From NCBI GenBank assembly GCA_963665095.1, contig OY762069.1, positions 4,224,001 to 4,288,000 of the forward strand: DNA of 64,000 nt. The letters are read 5' to 3'. Below the pieces are notes generated by a model that was not told the DNA's origin, searched no databases, and saw only the letters and a list, made by a program, of their open reading frames with translations. Below are positions 19,835-29,454 of this stretch, one piece after another. Made by a program: the position numbers and the translations under genes. The DNA is from an uncultured Desulfobacter sp. Lineage in GTDB: Bacteria > Desulfobacterota > Desulfobacteria > Desulfobacterales > Desulfobacteraceae. Each line of letters begins with the position of its first letter. Position 1 is the stretch's first letter.

Positions 19835-21064
19835 ATGAAACACCGTGGATATTACGGCCCCTTTGGCGGGGCTTTTTTGCCGGAAATCCTTGTGGCCACC
19901 TTTGACGAACTGGACGACCGGTTCAGGCAGGCCAAAGAAGACAAACGTTTCTGGCAGGATTACGAAACTTTGATGGCAACCTACTCCTGTCGCCCGACCC
20001 CCCTGACCTATGCTGAAAATCTCACCCGGCATTTCGGCGGGGCAAAGATCTATATCAAACGCGAAGACCTCAACCACACAGGCGCCCATAAGGCCAACAA
20101 TGTCATGGGCCAGGGGCTTTTAGTCAAAAAGATGGGCAAAAAAAGGGTGATTGCGGAAACAGGCGCCGGCCAGCACGGCGTGGCCACAGCCACCATGGCC
20201 GCCAAGTTCGGGTTTGACTGTACCATTTATATGGGTGAGGTGGATGTACTGCGCCAGAGGCCCAATGTATTCTGGATGGAGCAGCTTGGTGCCACCGTGG
20301 TGCCGGTCACCGACGGTACCCGGATTTTGAAGGATGCCATCAACGAAGCGTTCAGGGACTGGGTCACCAATATGGACACCACTCATTATGTCCTTGGCAC
20401 TGCCTGCGGGCCTCATCCTTTTCCGGAAATGGTCTCCTGGTTCCAGTCCATCATCGGCAAAGAGGCCCGGGCGCAGATGATGCAAGCCGAAGGCCGGCTG
20501 CCGTCAAAAGTCTTTGCCTGTGTAGGCGGAGGTTCCAACGCAATGGGGCTTTTCCAGGGATTTATGGAGGACCCGGTGGAGCTTGTGGGTGTGGAGGCTG
20601 GTGGGGAAGGCATTGCATCTGGCCGCCACGCATCACGTCTTTGCTCTGACGACGCCAGTCCCGGCATTGCCCAGGGCTATAAAACCTATTTTCTGCAAAA
20701 CAGTGACGGCCAGATGAAGGAGACCCACTCCATCTCCGCGGGCCTGGATTACGTAGGCGTTTCCCCCATCCTTGCCAATATGCGCGATGTTGGAAAGGCC
20801 CGGTTTGAATATGCCACAGACACCGAAGTCGTGGAGGCGCTCAAGCTGACCATGCAGATGGAAGGCATTATTCCGGCCCTGGAATCCTCCCATGCCTTTG
20901 CCGGCGCCTTCAGGGAGGTCCCCAACATGTTAAAAGACGACATCATCATCATCAACCAGTCCGGCCGGGGAGATAAAGACATCTTCACCGTGGCCGATGC
21001 CATTGGCGATCCCAAGTGGAAAGAGTTTATCTGTTCTAAAGCAGGAGAATATCAAAATGACTGA
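19835..21064 (+). CDS. trpB: Tryptophan synthase beta chain
   Basis: KREDLNHTGAHKANN (PLP Lys), AETGAGQHG, CVGGGSNA, SAGLDY, PALESSHA, SGRGDKD. Confidence 0.97.
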   Translation: MKHRGYYGPFGGAFLPEILVATFDELDDRFRQAKEDKRFWQDYETLMATYSCRPTPLTYAENLTRHFGGAKIYIKREDLNHTGAHKANNVMGQGLLVKKMGKKRVIAETGAGQHGVATATMAAKFGFDCTIYMGEVDVLRQRPNVFWMEQLGATVVPVTDGTRILKDAINEAFRDWVTNMDTTHYVLGTACGPHPFPEMVSWFQSIIGKEARAQMMQAEGRLPSKVFACVGGGSNAMGLFQGFMEDPVELVGVEAGGEGIASGRHASRLCSDDASPGIAQGYKTYFLQNSDGQMKETHSISAGLDYVGVSPILANMRDVGKARFEYATDTEVVEALKLTMQMEGIIPALESSHAFAGAFREVPNMLKDDIIIINQSGRGDKDIFTVADAIGDPKWKEFICSKAGEYQND

Positions 21065-21857
21065 AACATGCACACCGACTTTACCCACTGCTTTCCTGGA
21101 AACCTACATCAGGGGACAGCGGAAGAATAAAAAAATTCTGTTGATGACCCATATTGTCATGGGGTATCCCTCCTTTGAGGCCTCCTTTGAAATTGTCCGG
21201 CAGATGGTGGCGGCGGGTGTGGATCTCATGGAGCTGCAGATTCCATTCTCGGAACCTATGGCAGACGGCCCTGTGATCCTTAAGGCCAACCAGGCCGCCC
21301 TTGACACCGGGGCCACCGTTGAAAAATGCTTTGAGTTTGCCAGGAAAGCTGCAGACAGCTTTAATATTCCGTTTCTCTTCATGACCTATGGCAACATTCT
21401 GTATAAACACGGGATGGATGGCTTTGCCTCCCGGATGGCGGAGATCGGGATAAAAGGGGCCATTGTCCCGGACCTGCCTCCGGAAGAAGCTGGTGATTAC
21501 CTTTCCGCCATGAAGGCCCACCAACTCAGCCCGGTTTTTATCTTTTCTCCGGAGACCTCAAACCAGCGCATGCAGATGATTGATACCCATGCCTCCGGAT
21601 TTATCTACTGTCTGGCAAGAAAAGGGGTGACAGGGAAAGACACACAATTTTCATCGGACATGGGAACCTATCTTACCCGGTGTCAAAAACATACCCGCCT
21701 GCCCACAGCAGTAGGCTTCGGGGTGAAGGAAAAAGCCGACATTGATTTCCTTGTGGGAAAATCCGACATTGCCGTGGTGGGTTCCCAGACCATCCGGGAG
21801 GTGGAGCAAAAGGGGGTTAATGCCACAGGTCCCTTTATCCGAAGCCTGTGTGTGTGA
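21057..21857 (+). CDS. trpA: Tryptophan synthase alpha chain
   Basis: ELQIPFSEPMADGP, VPDLPPEE, GVTG, VGFGV; overlaps the trpB stop. Confidence 0.95.
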   Translation: MTETCTPTLPTAFLETYIRGQRKNKKILLMTHIVMGYPSFEASFEIVRQMVAAGVDLMELQIPFSEPMADGPVILKANQAALDTGATVEKCFEFARKAADSFNIPFLFMTYGNILYKHGMDGFASRMAEIGIKGAIVPDLPPEEAGDYLSAMKAHQLSPVFIFSPETSNQRMQMIDTHASGFIYCLARKGVTGKDTQFSSDMGTYLTRCQKHTRLPTAVGFGVKEKADIDFLVGKSDIAVVGSQTIREVEQKGVNATGPFIRSLCV

Positions 21858-22003
21858 GAGGCGTATTGTGATTGATTTGCAAGCAGAAGGCAGAATCAAC
21901 CTTTTTAACCATGAATGTGCTTGGCTGCGGCACCCTTTGGCATGCAAACGAAACACTGACAAAGGAGTTGACAGGGTTGGGCGGTGCTAAACACTGTCAC
22001 ACA

Positions 22004-22429
22004 TTATTGAATAAACTTGACGTGCTCCAAAACTGTATCCGGGATATTGATGCGTAGCCGTTTCGAAGTCGTCTCATTGATCAATAATACTGACGGATTT
22101 TTTTGAACAGGAATAGACCCCAGGCTTTCACCTTTGCGGTGGCGGTCAATGATACGGGCGGCGCTTTTTCCAGAGGCATAGTAGTCAAACCTCGTTGCCA
22201 TGAATATGCCGCCCTTTACCATATTCATACTCGGGCCAACACTCGGAATTTTCGCTTGGGTCAAATACCGGGCAATGAGTTCAGCCTGAGAGCCCAAAAA
22301 GCTGTCCGGCGGTAAAAAAACAATATCAATATCGCTTGACGCTTCCGTAATTTTTTTCAAATTGGTTTATAGTATTTCAACCGTTGGCGTGCGAACATCA
22401 ATCACATTAATTCCCCTGTCTTTGGCAAT
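22004..22429 (-). pseudogene. C-terminal remnant of an ABC transporter substrate-binding protein
   Basis: IAKDRGINVIDVRTPTVEIL*TNLKK...FLPPDS...IPVQ...LLINETTSKRLRINIP; in-frame TAA near 22367-22369 and no N-terminus. Confidence 0.7.
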
Positions 22430-22713
22430 TACCCCGGTGGATCGAAACGAGTGGATCGGTTACATCCCCGTTCCGCTTCGGCCTTCCCCGAATATAGGGC
22501 GGGTCGGCATCCACGACTGCCCTTTCGAGGCCTGCTCAAGGTTCACTCACGTTGCGGCCTGCCAGGTTGCAAAAGCCCTATAGGCTTACATCTGTCCCCA
22601 GAGCTTCAGCAGGAAGGTCTCCCTATCCCACTGTCTGGGTCGCTACCGGGATGAACCGAAAATTTCCCGGGCGGAACTTTCATCCGCGGGTATCCTGCGC
22701 CCTCGTGGCGCAT
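22430..22713 (-). mobile_element. Group II intron 5' fragment (partial domain I); no RT ORF or 3' end
   Basis: Minus strand begins ATGCGCCACGAGGGCGCAGGATACCCGCGGATGAAAGTTCCGCCCGGG (GUGCG-like 5' end) and contains GCAACGTGAGTGAACCTTGAGCAGGCCTCGAAAG and GGGGAAGGCCGAAG, recognised from memory as bacterial group II intron domain I blocks. Left boundary approximate. Confidence 0.8.
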
Positions 22714-23156
22714 CTATATGTTGTGGCGTCAGGAGTCAAGTGCATAGCCCCGTTATTTTTTTTATATAACCCCCCAGTAATTATACCCAATTGATTTATA
22801 AAACACTTTACACAGACCACGCATCTCCTGGCCGGTATGCAGCAGCAATGGGGACTAACTTTCCTGATCAATAACAAGCCCCCCCGATTGACTTCCGCAC
22901 GGATATAAATATATCTATCAGGGATAGACATTTCCGTTTTATTTCAGGGTTAGTACCTGCTTTAACGCACGATTCCAGCCGAACCCGTATAAAAGTATCC
23001 TCTTAAATCATCTGTCATATTTCCATTTGATTAAAAAACCTCAGCGCCTTGATTCCTGATCCGGATTAGGGTTTTATGTACAAATAAACCGTTTGATCTG
23101 GTATAAGAATTGACATCTGAAACTTGAGGCTTGAAAAGTCATAAAGGAAGCGCACC

Positions 23157-24296
23157 ATGAATGTGGATGGAAAACAGATGCGGCCCATCTGGTTTGATAA
23201 TGAAAGTGAAACCGTCAAGGTCATAGACCAGAGGCGGCTCCCCCATGAACTGATTGTGGAAGACCTGACCACCAATGACCTGGTGATCCACGCAATTAAG
23301 GAGATGTATGTCAGGGGCGCCCCGCTCATTGGTGCCACAGGGGCATTAGGGGTTTATGTCATCCTGGTGCAGGAAGGCAATAACGGCGCAGATGACAACT
23401 GGTTTAAGGCCGAGTGTACACGGCTTCGGGATGCCCGTCCTACGGCCACCAATCTTGCCTGGGGTGTGGACCGGGTCATGGCAAAGGCGCTTGCTGAATC
23501 AGAATATGACGCCCGGGTGGCAGCCGCATTGAAAGAGGCCCTGGAGATTGTGGAAGAGGAGGCTGTAAACTGCGAAAAAATTGGTGAATACGGTCTTTCC
23601 ATCATCAAAGAGATCGCAGAAAAAAAGAAGGGACAGGCGGTCAACATCCTGACCCACTGCAATGCAGGCTGGCTGGCCTGCATTGAGTACGGAACCGCCA
23701 CAGCGCCGATGTACACGGCCTTTGATGCAGGCATCGACATTCATGTGTGGGTGGATGAGACACGCCCCTTGAACCAGGGCTCACGGCTGACGGCCTGGGA
23801 GCTTGGCAAGCACGGCATTAAACACACCGTAATCACGGACAATGCCGGCGGCCATCTCATGCAGCACGGCATGGTGGATCTGGTCATCGTGGGCACGGAC
23901 CGCACCACCCGGGCAGGAGATGTGGCCAATAAAATCGGCACCTATCTTAAGGCCCTTGCCGCCCGGGACAACAATGTGCCCTTTTACGTGGCACTGCCCT
24001 CCTCCACCTTTGACTGGACCATCACCGACGGTGTAAAAGATATTCCCATTGAGGAGCGCAATCCCGATGAAATCAGATATGTGCAGGGGCTTTGCAAGGG
24101 AAAAATCACCTCGGTGCTGGTGCCGCCTGAAGACAGTCCTGCTGCCAACCATGCATTTGATGTGACACCGGCACGCCTTGTTACCGGATTCATCACGGAG
24201 AGAGGCTGTTGCGAGGCCAGTGAAGACGCCATTATGGCGCTGTTTCCGGAAAAAAACCCGGTAAATATTAAAAACGGTCAAAATATAAGGTTTTAA
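23157..24296 (+). CDS. mtnA: S-methyl-5-thioribose-1-phosphate isomerase
   Basis: DQRRLP, VRGAPLIG, RPTA, LTHCNAGWLA, DETRP..QGSRLTAWEL, ANKIGTY, FDVTP. Confidence 0.95.
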   Translation: MNVDGKQMRPIWFDNESETVKVIDQRRLPHELIVEDLTTNDLVIHAIKEMYVRGAPLIGATGALGVYVILVQEGNNGADDNWFKAECTRLRDARPTATNLAWGVDRVMAKALAESEYDARVAAALKEALEIVEEEAVNCEKIGEYGLSIIKEIAEKKKGQAVNILTHCNAGWLACIEYGTATAPMYTAFDAGIDIHVWVDETRPLNQGSRLTAWELGKHGIKHTVITDNAGGHLMQHGMVDLVIVGTDRTTRAGDVANKIGTYLKALAARDNNVPFYVALPSSTFDWTITDGVKDIPIEERNPDEIRYVQGLCKGKITSVLVPPEDSPAANHAFDVTPARLVTGFITERGCCEASEDAIMALFPEKNPVNIKNGQNIRF

Positions 24297-24304
24297 ATTT
24301 TTCT

Positions 24305-24784
24305 ATGACAGCATCCCTTACCGACCTTGAAAAAAAAGTAATTGCCCTGCTGCAGACCGACATCCCGGTCTGCAGACGGCCCTACCTTGAAATGGCCGAG
24401 CGCATCGGCATCACTGAAGAAGAATTTATAAAAATCCTTTCCGGTCTCAATGACCGAAACATGATCAGGCGATTCGGAGCCACGCTCAAACACCAGAAAT
24501 CAGGGTTTAAGGCCAATGCCATGGTGGCCTGGAAGGTGCCGGAAGAGCGGGTGGAGGAGGTAGGAAACATCATGGCCTCCTTCCACGAGATCACCCATTG
24601 TTACCGCCGCAACCCTGCACCGGGATGGGACAGAAACCTTTACACCATGGTGCACGGCGCCTCGGAGGAGGAGTGCTTTGCCATTGCGGCAAAGGTGTCC
24701 GAAGCCACAGGTGAAACAGATTATAACCTGCTGTTTTCCCGGCGGGAGCTGAAGAAAACCTCCATGCAGTATTTTGAAGACTGA
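24305..24784 (+). CDS. ahbB: Siroheme decarboxylase subunit (Lrp/AsnC fold), alternative heme biosynthesis
   Basis: IRRFGATLKHQKSGFKANAMVAW, ITHCYRR, NLYTMVHG, ELKKTSM. Confidence 0.85.
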   Translation: MTASLTDLEKKVIALLQTDIPVCRRPYLEMAERIGITEEEFIKILSGLNDRNMIRRFGATLKHQKSGFKANAMVAWKVPEERVEEVGNIMASFHEITHCYRRNPAPGWDRNLYTMVHGASEEECFAIAAKVSEATGETDYNLLFSRRELKKTSMQYFED

Positions 24785-26120
24785 TCCACCCCACATCCTC
24801 TGCGTCAACCCCTGGGTCCATGATTTTGCCGCCTTTGATTTCTGGGCCCGGCCCTTAGGGCTGTTCACCATTGCCGCCATTCTGCGGCAAAACCGGGTCC
24901 GGGTATCGTTTCTTGACTGCATGAACCGGTTTCATCCCAGGAAAACAGGGGCGGTCAAAGTTTACTGGGACGGCCGGGGTCCCTTTGAAAAAACACCCAT
25001 CCCTTTGCCCGGGGTGCTTGAAACATATCTGGGGCACATCAACAAAAAATTCACCCGGTACGGGGCATTAAAAGAGTGGATCGAACAGGACCTTCTGGCC
25101 ATGGATCGGCCTGACCTGATCCTGGTTACCTCCCTTATGACGTACTGGGCCACGGGCGTTGCTGAAACCATTGCCCTGCTTAAAGAAATTTTCCCGGATG
25201 TGCCCTTAGTGCTAGGCGGCATCTATGCAAGCCTGTGTGAAGACCATGCCCGGCAATTTTCAGGGGCGGACCAGGTCATCACAGGACCTGCAGAGCCAAT
25301 ACTTGCCAAACTTGTCAAAAGCCATACCGGTTTTTCTCTGGAGCAGATGCCCGATCCTGCCAATCTTGACACTGCACCATATGCCGCCCTGGATCTTCAG
25401 CAGGCCATACCCTATGCACCCATCCTCACCTCCCGGGGATGTCCCTTCTCTTGCGAATACTGTGCATCTTCCTTTCTGGAACCTGAGTTGCGCAGGCGCT
25501 CGCCGGACAATGTGTTCGAAGAAATCTGCCACTGGCACAACCGCTTTGGTGTGAAAAACTTTGCCTTTTATGACGATGCCCTGCTGATCACACCTGAAAA
25601 GTACGCATTTCCACTGCTTGAACGCCTCATCCGGCAAAACATGGATCTCTTTTTCCATACCCCCAATGCCCTGCATATCAGGGAAATCTCTGCCAAGGCA
25701 GCTGACCTGATGTTCAGGGTCGGGTTTAAAACCATCCGTTTAGGCCTTGAAACCGCAGACTTTTCCGACCACCGCCATGATATCAAGGTCAAGGAGAATG
25801 AATTCCTGACCGCTGTGGACCATCTGCGCCGGGCAGGGTTTACAACGGATCAGTTGGGCGCCTATCTTTTATGCGGGCTGCCGGACCAGAACCTTGATGA
25901 AGTACAGACTTCCATTAATCTGGTGAAACGCCTGGGCATCACACCGGTTCTGGCCTACTACACCCCCATCCCCCACACGCCCATGTGGGAGGATGCCTTA
26001 AAAAATGCGCGCATAGATATCACTGTCCACCCGGCGTTGACCAACAACAGCCTGTTCCCCTGTGTCCGCTCGCAACAGGACCTGGATCGTATTTCCCAAT
26101 TGAAAAAGATGCTTAAATAA
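24774..26120 (+). CDS. B12-binding-domain radical SAM protein
   Basis: TSRGCPFSCEYC; N-terminal cobalamin-binding-like LGGIYASL; FYDD, HTPNALH, LGLET. Confidence 0.88.
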   Translation: MKTDPPHILCVNPWVHDFAAFDFWARPLGLFTIAAILRQNRVRVSFLDCMNRFHPRKTGAVKVYWDGRGPFEKTPIPLPGVLETYLGHINKKFTRYGALKEWIEQDLLAMDRPDLILVTSLMTYWATGVAETIALLKEIFPDVPLVLGGIYASLCEDHARQFSGADQVITGPAEPILAKLVKSHTGFSLEQMPDPANLDTAPYAALDLQQAIPYAPILTSRGCPFSCEYCASSFLEPELRRRSPDNVFEEICHWHNRFGVKNFAFYDDALLITPEKYAFPLLERLIRQNMDLFFHTPNALHIREISAKAADLMFRVGFKTIRLGLETADFSDHRHDIKVKENEFLTAVDHLRRAGFTTDQLGAYLLCGLPDQNLDEVQTSINLVKRLGITPVLAYYTPIPHTPMWEDALKNARIDITVHPALTNNSLFPCVRSQQDLDRISQLKKMLK

Positions 26121-26231
26121 CGTATACCCCATACATTTATGGAAGCAATATTATTCTTTTGTTTCCCGGCGTTGCGGACACATTCACTTTTTTTTACCGG
26201 CATGCAGCACAAGGATTAAGAAAGAGCCGAG

Positions 26232-26681
26232 ATGATTGTATTTGATCTGGAATGTATAAACGGCCATGTTTTTGAAGGCTGGTTTGATGACCGGGAGGAC
26301 CTGGATCGCCAACAGGCCCAGGGCCTTTTGCAGTGTCCGGTGTGCGAAAGCCCGTCCGTGACGCCAAAGCTGTCCGCCATAGCCATCCGGAAGTCTTCTT
26401 CCCAGAGCCAGGGCCAGGCAATGGCCAACCAGGCCCATTTGAACGCCCAGCTGGAAGCCATGGCGGAGTTTACTGAAAAAGTAACCCAATACGTTGAAAA
26501 AAATTACGAGGACGTAGGCTCCTCCTTTGCCAAGCAAGCTCTGGAAATGCACTACGGAACCAAGGATTTTAAACAAATCCGGGGCACCACCACCAAAGAA
26601 GAGGAAAAGACCCTGGCAAAAGAGGGCGTTCCGGTATTTAAGATCCCCACGCAGAAAAAAGGCAACGAAGACCTTAACTAA
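26232..26681 (+). CDS. DUF1178 family protein (zinc-ribbon-like)
   Basis: MIVFDLECINGHVFEGWF...CPVC...EDVGSSFAKQALEMHYG...IRG. Confidence 0.88.
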   Translation: MIVFDLECINGHVFEGWFDDREDLDRQQAQGLLQCPVCESPSVTPKLSAIAIRKSSSQSQGQAMANQAHLNAQLEAMAEFTEKVTQYVEKNYEDVGSSFAKQALEMHYGTKDFKQIRGTTTKEEEKTLAKEGVPVFKIPTQKKGNEDLN

Positions 26682-26805
26682 TGTAAATAAATTGCATCGT
26701 ATTTTCTTGCTTCACCTTGTCACACACCGGACACCTTTCGCATAAAAAGCCTATAAACTAAAAAATCATCTAAAACTTCAAATAAGCTCTTGTCTTTTTC
26801 ATAAA

Positions 26806-26822
26806 ATGCAATAGATTTGCAT
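26806..26822. promoter_or_regulatory. Zur box upstream of znuA
   Basis: ATGCAATAGATTTGCAT (ATGCAA-N5-TTGCAT); second similar site ATGTAAATAAATTGCAT at 26681-26697. Confidence 0.75.
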
Positions 26823-26883
26823 CAGTAGTTTTCATAACCCGGCATTGATCATTTTGATAAAAACGGTATTAAAGGAGTTAGAT

Positions 26884-27825
26884 ATGAAAAGGTTTATTAA
26901 ACTTGTTGCTTTGTTTTCCATGAGTTTTATTTTTTGTGGCCCGGCGGCCTGGGCCGGCAACCCGGTCCCGGTATTTGTCAGCATTGTGCCCCAGCAGTTT
27001 TTTGTGCAACAAATTGGCAAGGACAAGGTGGATGTTTCTATCATGGTTCAACCCGGTGCAAGTCCGGCCACTTATGAACCAAAACCCGCACAAATGGCTA
27101 AAATATCTGAAACAGAAATTTATTTTTCCATTGGCGTGCCCTTTGAAAAATTCTGGCTGGACAAAATTGCATCGGCCAATCCGGCCATGACAGTGGTTCA
27201 TACTGAAGAAGGCATCAAAAAACAACCCATGGCTGCGCACCACCACGATGAGGGTGAAGATCATGACCACGACAAAACAGGACACAATGAAACCCATCAT
27301 GATGGCGCCGATCACGCAGAAGAGGGCCATGGACATGGCGCTCTTGACCCCCATATATGGCTCTCCCCGAAACTGGTGATGGCCCAGGCGGAAAATATCC
27401 TTAAAGGGCTTGTGGCCAAGGATCCTGCAAACAAAGATTTCTATACGGCCAACTACAAGACCTTTATCAGCGATATTGAAGCCCTTGACCAGGATCTGAC
27501 CGGAATGTTAAAGGATAATGCCGGCATGCAGTTTATGGTATTCCACCCGGCGTGGGGTTATTTTGCAAGAGATTACCATCTTAAAATGATCCCCATTGAA
27601 ATAGAAGGCAAGGATCCGAAACCTGCAAAGCTTCAGGCACTGATCCAGCATGCCAGGAACGAAGGGATCAAGGTCATTTTTGTTCAGCCCCAGTTTTCCA
27701 CCAAAAGTGCCAAGCTTGTGGCAAAGGAGATCAACGGCCAGGTTATGCCGGCCAATCCCCTGGCACTGGACTGGCTGGACAACATGAAAAAAATGGCCGC
27801 CCAATTCAAGGAGGCACTCAAATAG
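26884..27825 (+). CDS. znuA: Zinc ABC transporter substrate-binding protein
   Basis: Signal peptide, SPATYEP, His/Asp-rich loop, DPHIWLSP, FHPAWGYF. Confidence 0.92.
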   Translation: MKRFIKLVALFSMSFIFCGPAAWAGNPVPVFVSIVPQQFFVQQIGKDKVDVSIMVQPGASPATYEPKPAQMAKISETEIYFSIGVPFEKFWLDKIASANPAMTVVHTEEGIKKQPMAAHHHDEGEDHDHDKTGHNETHHDGADHAEEGHGHGALDPHIWLSPKLVMAQAENILKGLVAKDPANKDFYTANYKTFISDIEALDQDLTGMLKDNAGMQFMVFHPAWGYFARDYHLKMIPIEIEGKDPKPAKLQALIQHARNEGIKVIFVQPQFSTKSAKLVAKEINGQVMPANPLALDWLDNMKKMAAQFKEALK

Positions 27826-28628
27826 ACCAGACCAACGACAAGGCCCTGATCACCATCGAGGATGTGGAGTTTTCATACAACGGACAACCCGTTCTTTCCG
27901 ACATCAACCTGACCATCAGGGAACATGATTTTATGGCCATCATCGGCCCCAACGGCGGAGGCAAAACCACTTTGCTCAAGCTGATCCTGGGGCTGTTGAA
28001 ACCTGACAAAGGTAAAATCCGGGTGTTGGGGGAGCGCCCTGGCAAACAGACCTATGCCCTGGGTTATGTGCCCCAGAATGTCCTCATTAATGAGCATTTC
28101 CCCATCACCGCCCTGGATGTGGCGCTCATGGGATGCCTGGGCGGCGCCGGACCGGCAGCAAAATTTTCAGGGAATAAAAAAGAGTGCGAAAGACAGGCCG
28201 TGGGCACCCTGGAACGCCTGGGCATGGCCGGCTACGCCCGCCGGAAAATAGGCGAACTCTCCGGCGGGCAGCGCCAGCGGGTCTTCATTGCCCGGGCACT
28301 GATGGCCCATCCCCGCCTGTTACTTTTAGATGAACCCACAGCCAGCATTGACACCAAAGGCCAGGCCGAATTTTTAAAAATGCTTGAAACCCTGAACAGC
28401 GATGTGGCCATTTTAGTGGTGACCCATGATCTGTTTTCCCTGGCAAGATATGTCAAATCCGTGGCCTGTGTGAACCACGGGCTTCACTTCCACTGCAATG
28501 AAAAATTCGGAGACACTAACCTTGAGTCTGTGTATCAGCCACCGCTGGAGGACGTCTGCCAGGTTCAGTTACTGGCAAAAGGAATGGCAGACCCCATGAG
28601 CACAGGAGGTCATCATGGAAATTCTTAA
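27822..28628 (+). CDS. znuC: Zinc ABC transporter ATP-binding protein (start uncertain, 27822-27864)
   Basis: GPNGGGKTT, LSGGQRQR, LLLLDEPT; the frame is open upstream of GTG 27864. Confidence 0.9.
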   Translation: MDQTNDKALITIEDVEFSYNGQPVLSDINLTIREHDFMAIIGPNGGGKTTLLKLILGLLKPDKGKIRVLGERPGKQTYALGYVPQNVLINEHFPITALDVALMGCLGGAGPAAKFSGNKKECERQAVGTLERLGMAGYARRKIGELSGGQRQRVFIARALMAHPRLLLLDEPTASIDTKGQAEFLKMLETLNSDVAILVVTHDLFSLARYVKSVACVNHGLHFHCNEKFGDTNLESVYQPPLEDVCQVQLLAKGMADPMSTGGHHGNS

Positions 28629-29442
28629 ATATGAATTCATGCGGAATGCCATGGCGGCAGGGCTTCTAACCAGCATTATCTGCGGTATCATGGGCACCCT
28701 GGTGGTGGTCAACCGCATTGTGTTCCTGTCCGGCGGCATTGCCCATGCGGCATACGGCGGAATCGGTATGGCCTTTTATTTTAACTGGCCGGTACTGCCC
28801 TCCACCATGGGGTTTTCCCTGGGCGCTTCCCTGGTCATGGCTGCGGTGACACTGCACAAACGGCACAGGGCAGACACGGTCATTGGGGTGATCTGGGCCG
28901 TGGGCATGGCATTCGGTATCATTCTGGTGGATCTGACCCCGGGATATAACGTGGATCTGATGAGCTATCTTTTCGGCAGCATTCTTACGGTACCCAAATC
29001 AGATCTGTTGATCATGGCAATCATTGGCGCTCTGATCCTTTTTCTGGTCCTCTTTTTTTACAAAGAACTGATGGCGGTTTCCTATGATGAGGAGTTTGCG
29101 GGTCTTAGGGGACTTCCGGTGCGCGGTATTTACTTTTCACTGATTGCCATGCTGGGCCTGACCGTGGTCATGGTGATTCAGGTGGTGGGGCTGATCATGG
29201 TGATTGCGCTGCTCACCATTCCGCCGTTCATGGTGGAAAAATATGCCCGGTCCCTGGGTACTATGATGGCCGGTTCAAGCCTGCTTGGGATTGTTTTCAC
29301 CTTTTCCGGTCTTTATTTATCCTACCGGTTTAACCTTACCTCCGGGGCCTCCATTATCATGGTTGCCGGCACCGCATTTCTGGTTGTTCTGGGCCTTGAA
29401 AAAATCAAAGGATTTATGCCGGCATCCCGCAGGGCATTGTAA
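28615..29442 (+). CDS. znuB: Zinc ABC transporter permease
   Basis: GGIAHAAYGG, DLMSYLFGSIL, SYDEEFA. Confidence 0.92.
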   Translation: MEILKYEFMRNAMAAGLLTSIICGIMGTLVVVNRIVFLSGGIAHAAYGGIGMAFYFNWPVLPSTMGFSLGASLVMAAVTLHKRHRADTVIGVIWAVGMAFGIILVDLTPGYNVDLMSYLFGSILTVPKSDLLIMAIIGALILFLVLFFYKELMAVSYDEEFAGLRGLPVRGIYFSLIAMLGLTVVMVIQVVGLIMVIALLTIPPFMVEKYARSLGTMMAGSSLLGIVFTFSGLYLSYRFNLTSGASIIMVAGTAFLVVLGLEKIKGFMPASRRAL

Positions 29443-29454
29443 AAGGATCAGACC

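Noticed and set aside
22362..22931. Several short ORFs of 67-83 aa
   Set aside because: They overlap the intron remnant and AT-rich scar; none shows RT or other protein motifs.
27235..27340. Repetitive CAT/CAC/GAT-rich stretch
   Set aside because: It encodes the ordinary His-rich loop of ZnuA.
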